Below are positions 1-7,526 of a stretch of DNA of 12,624 nt, piece by piece. The DNA is from Candidatus Thorarchaeota archaeon (lineage in GTDB: Archaea; Asgardarchaeota; Thorarchaeia; Thorarchaeales; Thorarchaeaceae). Location of the stretch: the NCBI GenBank assembly GCA_029858305.1, contig JAOUFI010000064.1, positions 1 through 12,624 on the forward strand, given 5' to 3'. The notes under the pieces are model-generated. The model did not search any database and was not told the origin of the DNA. It saw nothing but the letters and a program-made list of their open reading frames with translations. Made by a program: the position numbers and the translations under genes. Every line of letters begins with the position of its first letter. The first letter of the stretch is position 1.

Positions 1-243
1 AGTCAGTGTGCGTGGTCCTTTGATGTTATTCTCAAAATATCTCTTTCCGATTTTCAAAGGAGTGTCAGTGAGGTGTAGCTTAATTTGATTGAGAGAAACT
101 TCTGTGACAGTTGGGAGGTAGAGTATTCCATCTTCTGAGATGATTTTATACTCGCTGTCAAGCAGGTCAAAATCTGATAATACCTTCCTAGTTCTCTCTC
201 CATGCTGAACCGGAACGCTGACATAGTGTTTCTCTGAGGACAT
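1..243 (-). CDS. trm5: N-terminal part of a Trm5/Taw22-family tRNA (guanine-37 N1) methyltransferase, truncated by the window edge
   Basis: Not in the ORF track. Manual translation from ATG at 243 is open to base 1: MSSEKHYVSVPVQHGERTRKVLSDFDLLDSEYKIISEDGILYLPTV..., which matches the archaeal Trm5 N-terminal pattern (V.VP...GE..R..L....LLD..YKI......LY.P). The catalytic domain lies outside the window. Confidence 0.7.
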   Translation of the reverse strand, partial: MSSEKHYVSVPVQHGERTRKVLSDFDLLDSEYKIISEDGILYLPTVTEVSLNQIKLHLTDTPLKIGKRYFENNIKGPRTLT

Positions 244-291
244 TGTATTCTGAGCGTACTAAGATGCCTATGATAGTTGCGATAGCGATTC

Positions 292-1341
292 TTAGAGAAA
301 GCGAATATACTCTTTTCCCGACCCGTTCTTAGTACCGACCATGACTTGGTAGAAATGAGTATCTTCGTTGGTCATTGTGACCTTCTGAAGAGTTCCTGAT
401 ACTTCAACTTGGTCTCCATTTTCAAACAATCCCCCAAACGCTCCATCATATACCATTATTCGATTAATAGAGGAGTCGTTGTGTTTTATCGGATTTATTT
501 CATAGATTGCAGGGTGAAATATACTGAACTCCGCGTTCTTGATGGTCATACGAAGTGTTACAGGTTCGGTGGTCTGGGTAGTGTAAGACTCAGACCCATG
601 ATGAATTGGTGTTTCATCAGGAAATAGTACTGGAGTGATTCCTATACATCTATCTCCAATGCACAGAGCTTTTCGACGTGAAAAGAGAGCATCAAGATCG
701 GTTGGTCGAAGGACTTCAATACGATTGTGCACACGTCCGATTGCATGCTTCCACTCTGGAAGACTTCTAAGTCTGGCATGATTATCAAACCTATCAACTT
801 TCTCAAAATTGTTGTATAAAATCCAAGCATTTGTAAAGCCATAGATGTTCATATTGATGTCAGAATGTTTTGTGCTATGACCCTTCCATAGAATGCTACC
901 TGCAACTCCGAGATTGTCAAAGGAAATTCCGAGAGCGTCGTGCAGAGTTTCCGCAGCAGTCTTACTTAATACTTCCAGAGCATCAGTTGGTTCTTCCATG
1001 ATCTCCTTTAGTCTCAACTCGGGTCTGTAATATTCCATTATCGCACTACGAGGAGGTTCGACAAGATGCGTCTGGAAATGATTGTCCTCAATGATATAGT
1101 CTTTTGGAAGTATCGCCATTCCTTCAAGTGTCGAATCAACACTTCCCCAGAATGTGCGGCGGTATCTTATCCCTCCAGCTGCCCACATTCCATCTTCGGC
1201 TGGAATGTATTTGAGATATGAAAGAACTCTGTCAGATGGCTGGATGTAACCAAGTACGACAAATAATCTATTCTGGTGGTCTCTGAAGATATCCCGGTCT
1301 CGAAACCTTTCAGGCAAATCGACAGTATTGGGACTCGGCAA
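292..1341 (-). CDS. Archaeal predicted nucleotidyltransferase (COG1665-like, Pol-beta superfamily)
   Basis: 349 aa. N-terminal 'FRDRD...FVVLGY..P.DRV.SYLKY.P', central 'GVAGSILW...SDINMNIYG' (GS...DxD-type motif), C-terminal OB-like 'GD.VEVSGTL...VG'. TTG start with GAGGT 8 nt upstream. Confidence 0.75.
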   Translation of the reverse strand: MPSPNTVDLPERFRDRDIFRDHQNRLFVVLGYIQPSDRVLSYLKYIPAEDGMWAAGGIRYRRTFWGSVDSTLEGMAILPKDYIIEDNHFQTHLVEPPRSAIMEYYRPELRLKEIMEEPTDALEVLSKTAAETLHDALGISFDNLGVAGSILWKGHSTKHSDINMNIYGFTNAWILYNNFEKVDRFDNHARLRSLPEWKHAIGRVHNRIEVLRPTDLDALFSRRKALCIGDRCIGITPVLFPDETPIHHGSESYTTQTTEPVTLRMTIKNAEFSIFHPAIYEINPIKHNDSSINRIMVYDGAFGGLFENGDQVEVSGTLQKVTMTNEDTHFYQVMVGTKNGSGKEYIRFL

Positions 1342-1430
1342 TTCTTCAGACCTCGGTAATCAGTATATGCTAATAGCTACATAGATTAGAAAGACAGTCG
1401 TTTAGCTTTGCTTGCTATGGAGCTATCCTA

Positions 1431-2654
1431 ATGAAGATTCTACATTTGTGTGACAGCCTTAATCCTGCCGGTCTTGGAGGTTATGAATCATACCTCCACT
1501 ACTTATCAGAGCAACTATCAAGAAAAGGGCACGAGTCACTGGTTGTCACTCAAGTATCCAGAGAGGATATGCCAGAGTATATCATTCATGACCACTACAG
1601 AGTGCGATATCTTCCTGGTAATCTGCTTGAAGCCAAAAAATGGAAGTTCTATGCTCTACCTGATGATGAACGAGAACGAGCAGCAGCAGACATGTTCAGT
1701 AAAGATGATCTTGAAATGAATGTCAAGATTCTAAAAGAACAACTTTTAGAAATCATACAAGAAAACAGACCAGACATCATCCATGCACACAGTACGTATG
1801 TTGTATTCAATAGAGTTCTCATGAGTCTAGAACAGGATGGGAGGTTGAAAAATATCCCAATTCTTGCAACTATTCATGGGCGACCAAAGTCATTGATACT
1901 CCCAGATGGGAAGAGGACGACTGATTATGAAGAATTTCTTGAAGCATGCCCGTTCGAACTCATTTTAGGTGTAAGCGATAATGTTACCGAAGTATTGCGA
2001 AAGGGGCTTCATGAAAAAGGGATATTCACTCAAGTACGTACTTGCTACCTCGGGATAAATCTCTCAGTCTTTGCCCCACAACCAAAGACACCGAAGAAAT
2101 GGGATATTTCATTTATGGGACGCCTTGAGAAGATGAAGGCTGTTGACCTCTTTCCTGAAATGCTCTCAATACTAAAACGTGATTTTCCAAATCTACGCTT
2201 TTTGATTACAGGAGAGGGATCATTGAAAGAGAATGTACTAGAGCAATTTGACAAAATGAGTGTGTCAACCATGGTAGAATACCTTGGGGTAGTAGAAGTT
2301 GAAAAAGTACCGGATCTTATTAATCAAAGTCGAATCTTCATCTATCCATCAAGAGAAGAACCATTCGGACTCTCGATTCTTGAGGCTATGGCATGTGCGG
2401 TTCCTGTGATTACGACTAATGTCTATGGCCCAAGTGAAATCATCACGCAGAACAGTGATGGTTTGATGGTTTCTCCTGACAATGTCAAAGAACTTTCAGA
2501 TAGTATTCGCTTCTTGCTCCAGAATGAAGATCTTCGAATGATAATGGGCAATAACGGCAGAAGAAAAGTCGAATCACGGTTCGATATCAAGATTCACACT
2601 AAAAAGTTGGTCAGTATCTATGAATCTATGATTAATACTAAAATAACTCGATGA
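1431..2654 (+). CDS. Glycosyltransferase family 4 (GT-B fold)
   Basis: 407 aa. 'MKILHL...GGYE', 'PDIIHAH', 'TIHG', 'FMGRLEKMK' and the EX7E motif 'EPFGLSILEAMAC'. Confidence 0.93.
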   Translation: MKILHLCDSLNPAGLGGYESYLHYLSEQLSRKGHESLVVTQVSREDMPEYIIHDHYRVRYLPGNLLEAKKWKFYALPDDERERAAADMFSKDDLEMNVKILKEQLLEIIQENRPDIIHAHSTYVVFNRVLMSLEQDGRLKNIPILATIHGRPKSLILPDGKRTTDYEEFLEACPFELILGVSDNVTEVLRKGLHEKGIFTQVRTCYLGINLSVFAPQPKTPKKWDISFMGRLEKMKAVDLFPEMLSILKRDFPNLRFLITGEGSLKENVLEQFDKMSVSTMVEYLGVVEVEKVPDLINQSRIFIYPSREEPFGLSILEAMACAVPVITTNVYGPSEIITQNSDGLMVSPDNVKELSDSIRFLLQNEDLRMIMGNNGRRKVESRFDIKIHTKKLVSIYESMINTKITR

Positions 2655-2681
2655 TGGGGGGTCTTCTCTACACACCGGTTT

Positions 2682-3500
2682 CTACTTGCTAACTATTTTA
2701 GTGCAATTGACATTTAGTCCCTTGAGGAGAGCCTTAAGGTTTCCATACTTCATCATTGATATCAGGGTAGTTTCGAGACCATCTTCGATGAGGTCTTTAA
2801 CGACTGAGATATATGATAGTTTGCCCTTCATCGCTCCACTTGCATCGACTTTTCCTAATTGTTCAAGTCCTTCCATGACTCTGTCAAGGTCATTGATGTC
2901 AATCTCAGTCAGTAACTTTGCATGAGGGTTCTTCTTCGGATCCTCGTCATAAACTCCGAGCTCATCCATGGCAAAAATCAGACGTTTGGCTCGAAGATCA
3001 CGAGCCAAGATTATTGCTAGCTCATCACCGCTACCGATACTAAAACCCATAGTCTTGTCATAGAGTAGATCCCCTCCAAGGATGGGAATCATCCCTAAAG
3101 TCATCCAACCCTTCAATGGTTCGAAAGATGTCTTAGTGACTCGCATTTTCTCTGCAACTAGCATCGATGATGGATGAAGAAGGTTCACAGGCAATCCAGC
3201 CTCTTGAAACTCCTTTGTTATCATCAACCGAAACTCATTGACAATGCTTTGGGTCTTAGAGAGGGGGATGAATTGCTCAGGTCCTGTGAATCCCTTATAC
3301 AGCTTGTATTGGAGAACTGGAGGATGCCCAAATGAACCAACTCCATGGATAATGACAAGGGACTGAATCAGTCCCTCGTCTTTGCAGTCCTTTAGCTCTT
3401 TAGCTACAGCTGCAATTATGGACTTCCTCGCCTCGTATGGTCTTGATTTATCTGTGAGAAGGGACCCACCCAGCTTGATTACCGTGAGCTCTTTCTCCAT
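2682..3500 (-). CDS. ipk: Isopentenyl phosphate kinase (amino-acid kinase family)
   Basis: 272 aa. 'VIKLGGSLLTDK', 'IIHGVGSFGHP' with the IPK signature His, 'PILGGD', 'SGDEL', 'GVYDEDPK', 'DASGAMKGKL'. AAGGTGG SD upstream. Confidence 0.88.
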   Translation of the reverse strand: MEKELTVIKLGGSLLTDKSRPYEARKSIIAAVAKELKDCKDEGLIQSLVIIHGVGSFGHPPVLQYKLYKGFTGPEQFIPLSKTQSIVNEFRLMITKEFQEAGLPVNLLHPSSMLVAEKMRVTKTSFEPLKGWMTLGMIPILGGDLLYDKTMGFSIGSGDELAIILARDLRAKRLIFAMDELGVYDEDPKKNPHAKLLTEIDINDLDRVMEGLEQLGKVDASGAMKGKLSYISVVKDLIEDGLETTLISMMKYGNLKALLKGLNVNCTKIVSK

Positions 3501-3522
3501 TCTTCGAATTCCACCTTGATTT

Positions 3523-4314
3523 TTAGATGGTTAGTAGTGCAAATGGCCACCATGCAGGAATTAAGTTGATGAAGAGAAGAATCACGACGATTACAGCAAT
3601 TGGAACTGTCCAGTTATCAAGATTCTTTGGTGTGAGAGCCTCGACTATTGTTGCGACTATTGAGATCACAAGTACGGGCAAGAACAACAGAACAAGGTCA
3701 AAAGCTGCATATTCTAGCGAGAAGATAGCGATTAAGATGTAGCTGAATAAGAAGGAACCGATTAGCATGCCAATCGAGCCCGCAATAGTCTTCTCTGCAC
3801 CACCAATGCCAAACTTCTTTGCACCTCCAAATTTCCTCCCAATGACATCAGCTAAACCATCTCCACCCGCAAGACACCCGAGAATCACAAAGGCTGTTGG
3901 ATTTCCAGCTGGAGAATAGAACCAGAGAAGTGTGACTATGCAGATAATGAGAGCATAGTAGAGGGTTCCTTTTAGCAATTCTTTTGGATCTCCAGACCTA
4001 GACATTGATCCTACGAATGCTTCATTCACGACTTTTCCCGTACCGATACCAACAAAGAGAAGCACAAACAGAACTGGTACAATCAAGGCAAGATAGCGAC
4101 TGAAGAGCGTACCAGAGTATAAATACCAAGTCACCAGAAAGACAGGAGCTGCAAATATATGAACAATTTTTCGTGTCACATCAGAAGAGAGTTTTCCACT
4201 CTTCTGAATTGCGCCGTTAACCAGAACTACTAGCATCACAGCGATGATTGAAATAACCATTGCAATGATATCCCATACTAGCTCCAGACCAGGACCTAAG
4301 AGATTGAGTACCAA
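3523..4314 (-). CDS. CTP-dependent polyprenol kinase (phytol kinase VTE5 / farnesol kinase FOLK / dolichol kinase family), integral membrane
   Basis: 263 aa, multi-TM. 'TRKIVHI', 'MSRSGDPKELLKGTLYY' (VTE5/FOLK-like), 'GGDGLADVIGRKFG', 'KTIAGS', 'VEAL...LDNWTVP'. TTG start with GGAGG 9 nt upstream. Confidence 0.88.
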   Translation of the reverse strand: MVLNLLGPGLELVWDIIAMVISIIAVMLVVLVNGAIQKSGKLSSDVTRKIVHIFAAPVFLVTWYLYSGTLFSRYLALIVPVLFVLLFVGIGTGKVVNEAFVGSMSRSGDPKELLKGTLYYALIICIVTLLWFYSPAGNPTAFVILGCLAGGDGLADVIGRKFGGAKKFGIGGAEKTIAGSIGMLIGSFLFSYILIAIFSLEYAAFDLVLLFLPVLVISIVATIVEALTPKNLDNWTVPIAVIVVILLFINLIPAWWPFALLTI

Positions 4315-4414
4315 TTACATTTTCCTCCTAGAACTGTTTGTCCCAACAGGACGAGTAGGCTGGCTATAAGTCTGCTTGAGAATCGTTGGAACACGTGGTC
4401 GAAATAACTACAAC

Positions 4415-5038
4415 CTAGCCAGATTCACGTATTTTGAGCGGTAAGTGAATCATCTGACTGATAGCCAACCAAAGCCTCGCCAAGATAGGGGTTAGAAGGA
4501 TGACAGAAGGAAGTCCTACGGTCAGAAGAGGCAACAAGACAAAGCCAAGCTCGACGAGTACTGATTGGTTTTCAATCACTAGTCCAATCATTACCAAAAT
4601 AAGTGCTGTGAAGACTAAACCAATGGTTGAAAGAACTGACATCTTACCTAGTGACCTACCTTTTGAGAAATCGTATGAGGAAAGTCCCACGATTAGTCCA
4701 AGAATTCCATAGGCTAATGCTTGAAGAGTCAGACTCACAATAACACCATAGAAGACTAAATCATGCAGAATGATTCCCAAGTACCCTGTGAGAAGCCCTG
4801 CAAGAGGTCCGCGAATTGCTCCAATCAGAGCAATGATAGCCAATGCAGGTGAAAGGCCGAACTTAAAGAGGGAAATCATGGTATAAGGCATAGGTATTGA
4901 ATAGATCAAAGCGAAAATCCCAGCACCAATTAGACCAAAAAGAAGTGTCAAAAGAGTCATTATGGGAGTCTGAACCCTGAGTTTTTTACCGATTGCGATC
5001 CTATTTCCATCAAGATTGCCAGCTGAGGCCTCAACCAT
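4415..5038 (-). CDS. ECF-type transporter substrate-binding S-component, substrate unknown
   Basis: 207 aa, about 6 TM segments. 'ALIGAIRGPLAGLLTGYLGIILHDLVFYG...YGILGLIVG' fits the S-component GP..G...G..G..L.D pattern. Its ATG is 2 nt after the upstream stop, and its SD (GGAGGGTGA) lies inside the upstream gene. Confidence 0.72.
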   Translation of the reverse strand: MVEASAGNLDGNRIAIGKKLRVQTPIMTLLTLLFGLIGAGIFALIYSIPMPYTMISLFKFGLSPALAIIALIGAIRGPLAGLLTGYLGIILHDLVFYGVIVSLTLQALAYGILGLIVGLSSYDFSKGRSLGKMSVLSTIGLVFTALILVMIGLVIENQSVLVELGFVLLPLLTVGLPSVILLTPILARLWLAISQMIHLPLKIRESG

Positions 5039-5040
5039 CC

Positions 5041-6681
5041 TTAGTCACCCTCCATGATAACCAATTGATATGTGCCGGGTTGCAATGTCAAAAGATAATC
5101 ACTTCCAGATGCAGTCAAATCTCCGATTGACACACCTCCAGAGTAGGCAGTCGGAACACCACTGAAGTTACTAAACGCCAACTCCGCGGTGCTATCGACC
5201 TTGATGTTCAGAATGAAACCGGATTTTATGGGGTCCCACTTTGCTTGATAGACCCAGATGTTATCATCGTCTGCGGAGCTGATATAGGGATAATTCCAGA
5301 ACTCTGTAGGACGTGAATCGGCAAGATCACGTACTGTGACCGACAACGTTGACCAGACTGAAAATCCTGAGAGGACTGATGACATAAATGGATCAAGTGA
5401 CGATGCATCATAGTACATCTCTCTTCCATCTTCGGACCAGACCTTATTGACCATTCCCTGCAGCAAGTTAAGAAGACGATCCCTTGTACTGAAATCGCCT
5501 CTCTGATTAGCAAGAACCATGGTAAAGACTGTACCCAAAATCCCAAACACATCACCAAACGAACTCGGATGTTTGTATGACCCCAGCATGTACATTGCAT
5601 CCCCAGACACATCCCGTCCATAAAGATCAAGGAATACTGGGTACTTGGGTATAGTAGAATCTGGAATGGTATATTCCAAAAAGGTGAGAGCCCATGCAGT
5701 TCCATAGGAAGAAAGACTTGGACCACCTACAGAATGATCGATAGCCTGCCCAGGGATTTGTTGTGGAAGAAGATCTGAATTTGGCCCCCAACCAACGGGT
5801 TTCTGAACAAAGTATCCGTTTGTATAGAGACCATACTCATCAGTGATGTTTGCCTCAATGAAATCAATACCATAGTCCCACATTCCACTCTCCATAAAAC
5901 TAGTCCCGTACATATTATCATAGAGCTCTGTGGTATAGATGGGAATACTATTACATTGTACAAATACGACATAGGGTTCACAGGGAATAAGACCTGTTCC
6001 CCAGAGCCCTCCGGGTTTTGGATTTCCAAGACGGTCCGTTGTTGTAGAGTTCTTCCAATCGATGATATATCCAGTTAGCTCATCTTCTACTGTTCCGAAG
6101 TTGAAGTTTCGTTCATAGAGAGCCATCATCAAGGCATAGTGGCCAGTCCACATAATATTCGCCGGACCTCTAAATCCTCCTGTGTATACATCATTAGCAT
6201 CAGGATAAGTGGCATTCGGGTAGTAATAATCAGTAAATCCAGGAATAGAAACCCATTCAGAGTACTCCATTGACTCGTTTCCGTACTCAGCAATAGAGGT
6301 ATTCATTCGAAGAATCTGTGCATGTGCAAAGTCCTCATAGAATGCAGTCCTATACCCAGAAGTGGTTTCACAGGTAGCAGCAAAGAGATATGCTAAAAAT
6401 GCGTTAATGTACTGAAGAGCCCAGCTGTATCTTTCTGCATTCCAACCGGCCCATTGATTTGGAGCCTGTTCTGTTATAAGGTGATCAAAATAGTTGATGA
6501 TTGCAATTTGTTCGTGAGTCAATGCAGGATAATCTCCAAAGCTGAAAATGGTGTCATTAATTACTTGGAATCCTTGTGACACTCCAGGCGAGGGTAAGTT
6601 GCTAAAGGTCATTCCACCAAGCACAATTGTAATGACGCAAGCACAAATAACGAACTTATTCTGTTTAAGAATCACGAACAT
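5041..6681 (-). CDS. Linalool dehydratase/isomerase (LinD)-like protein, exported or N-terminally anchored
   Basis: 546 aa with an N-terminal hydrophobic signal or anchor. Motifs are colinear with Castellaniella LinD as recalled: 'QYINAFLAY' (KYSIAFYAY), 'NIMWTGHYALM' (NIMYKGHLNLM), 'LIPCEPYVVFVQCNS' (IVCEPDNYFVQCNS), 'YDNMYGTSF' (YDRLHGTDY), 'SSYGTAWAL' (SAYTTAWTL). It also has a C-terminal beta-rich extension. Confidence 0.85.
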   Translation of the reverse strand: MFVILKQNKFVICACVITIVLGGMTFSNLPSPGVSQGFQVINDTIFSFGDYPALTHEQIAIINYFDHLITEQAPNQWAGWNAERYSWALQYINAFLAYLFAATCETTSGYRTAFYEDFAHAQILRMNTSIAEYGNESMEYSEWVSIPGFTDYYYPNATYPDANDVYTGGFRGPANIMWTGHYALMMALYERNFNFGTVEDELTGYIIDWKNSTTTDRLGNPKPGGLWGTGLIPCEPYVVFVQCNSIPIYTTELYDNMYGTSFMESGMWDYGIDFIEANITDEYGLYTNGYFVQKPVGWGPNSDLLPQQIPGQAIDHSVGGPSLSSYGTAWALTFLEYTIPDSTIPKYPVFLDLYGRDVSGDAMYMLGSYKHPSSFGDVFGILGTVFTMVLANQRGDFSTRDRLLNLLQGMVNKVWSEDGREMYYDASSLDPFMSSVLSGFSVWSTLSVTVRDLADSRPTEFWNYPYISSADDDNIWVYQAKWDPIKSGFILNIKVDSTAELAFSNFSGVPTAYSGGVSIGDLTASGSDYLLTLQPGTYQLVIMEGD

Positions 6682-6759
6682 CGAGGATCACTTCACTGTT
6701 TTGAGGATATCAAAAGAATATCATTGAAATTGTGAGATTGAAGTGTGGTCCATAATTGG

Positions 6760-6767
6760 TATAAATA
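6760..6767. promoter_or_regulatory. Candidate TATA box in the divergent LinD-like/GNAT intergenic region
   Basis: TATAAATA on + and TATTTATA on -, about 80 nt upstream of the LinD-like ATG. Confidence 0.4.
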
Positions 6768-6780
6768 GTTTACATCTTCC

Positions 6781-6796
6781 AAGAATAATTATTCTT
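6781..6796. promoter_or_regulatory. Perfect 16-bp palindrome, candidate operator
   Basis: AAGAATAATTATTCTT is its own reverse complement and lies 13 nt from the TATA-like box. Confidence 0.45.
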
Positions 6797-6902
6797 AAAA
6801 TTCGCTCGCATCTACTAATCGGAGTACCAAATACGCTTCGAGTCAAATTCACAGCAGCTCAATTGCCACTTTGACATTCCAAATGATGAGAGACATGGAC
6901 CA

Positions 6903-6916
6903 CCGACATATGTCGG
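6903..6916. repeat. Perfect 14-bp palindrome upstream of the GNAT gene
   Basis: CCGACATATGTCGG is self-complementary. Function unknown. Confidence 0.4.
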
Positions 6917-6952
6917 GCGTATCAGAAGCTAGGATCTCAACATTCTGAACTG

Positions 6953-7516
6953 ATGAAGACCGAAAAATCAATGAAGTTCGACGATGAATTGCTTCACATG
7001 GAAGTATGGAGAGAGAAACTGAGAGATGGACGAGAGGTGGTAGTGAGATTTCTAACACACAATGACAAGAAGTTGCTTCTCGATATGGTCAATGGCTTCT
7101 CAGACCATGTCATATTATGGGGCAGCCCGCCATATGATGAGGCAAAGATAGATCGTTGGATGAATGGTGCAGACAGGGGGCTCTCTCTCGTAGCAGTATA
7201 CAATCAGAAGTTTGTAGGCATCTCGGCAAGCTATACGAACCTGCTCCCAAGAGGAAAAGGAATTGGAGGCATGATGATTTACTTGCATCAAGAGTTTCAT
7301 GGCGTGGGACTGGGTACAATAATGATGATGAAACTTCTTGATTTAGCCAAAGATAAGGGTCTACATAGAATCAGTCTTGAAGTGGTAGAAGACAATAAGG
7401 CTGCAGTGCGTCTATATGAGAAGTTTGGATTCAAAGTCGAAGGAAAGCTAGTAGATGCTTATTATGGAATAGACGAGAAGTATCACAATATGCTGGTGAT
7501 GGGGAAGATATTGTAA
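6953..7516 (+). CDS. GNAT family N-acetyltransferase
   Basis: 187 aa; the true start may be ATG 6971 or 6998. Acetyl-CoA motif 'YLHQEFHGVGLGT', and 'LEVVEDNKAAVRLYEKFGFKVEG'. Confidence 0.92.
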   Translation: MKTEKSMKFDDELLHMEVWREKLRDGREVVVRFLTHNDKKLLLDMVNGFSDHVILWGSPPYDEAKIDRWMNGADRGLSLVAVYNQKFVGISASYTNLLPRGKGIGGMMIYLHQEFHGVGLGTIMMMKLLDLAKDKGLHRISLEVVEDNKAAVRLYEKFGFKVEGKLVDAYYGIDEKYHNMLVMGKIL

Positions 7517-7526
7517 GGCGACAAGC

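Noticed and set aside
1431-2654. GT4 as part of the isoprenoid cluster (glycolipid synthesis)
   Set aside because: It is convergently transcribed, GT4 genes are abundant, and there is no sequence evidence for its substrate.
2652-2654. TGA stops as selenocysteine read-through
   Set aside because: The recognisable TGA-ending proteins appear complete, and I see no selenoprotein context or SECIS-like element.
4315-4320. ATG-TAA start-stop element between the SD and the kinase TTG
   Set aside because: The ATG is only 3 nt from GGAGG while the TTG has normal spacing, so this is probably chance.
4334-4349. Small hairpin CTGTT-N6-AACAG and a weak TATA-like CTTATAG upstream of the kinase
   Set aside because: Too short to support. 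A separate promoter remains possible, which is a caveat for the four-gene operon idea.
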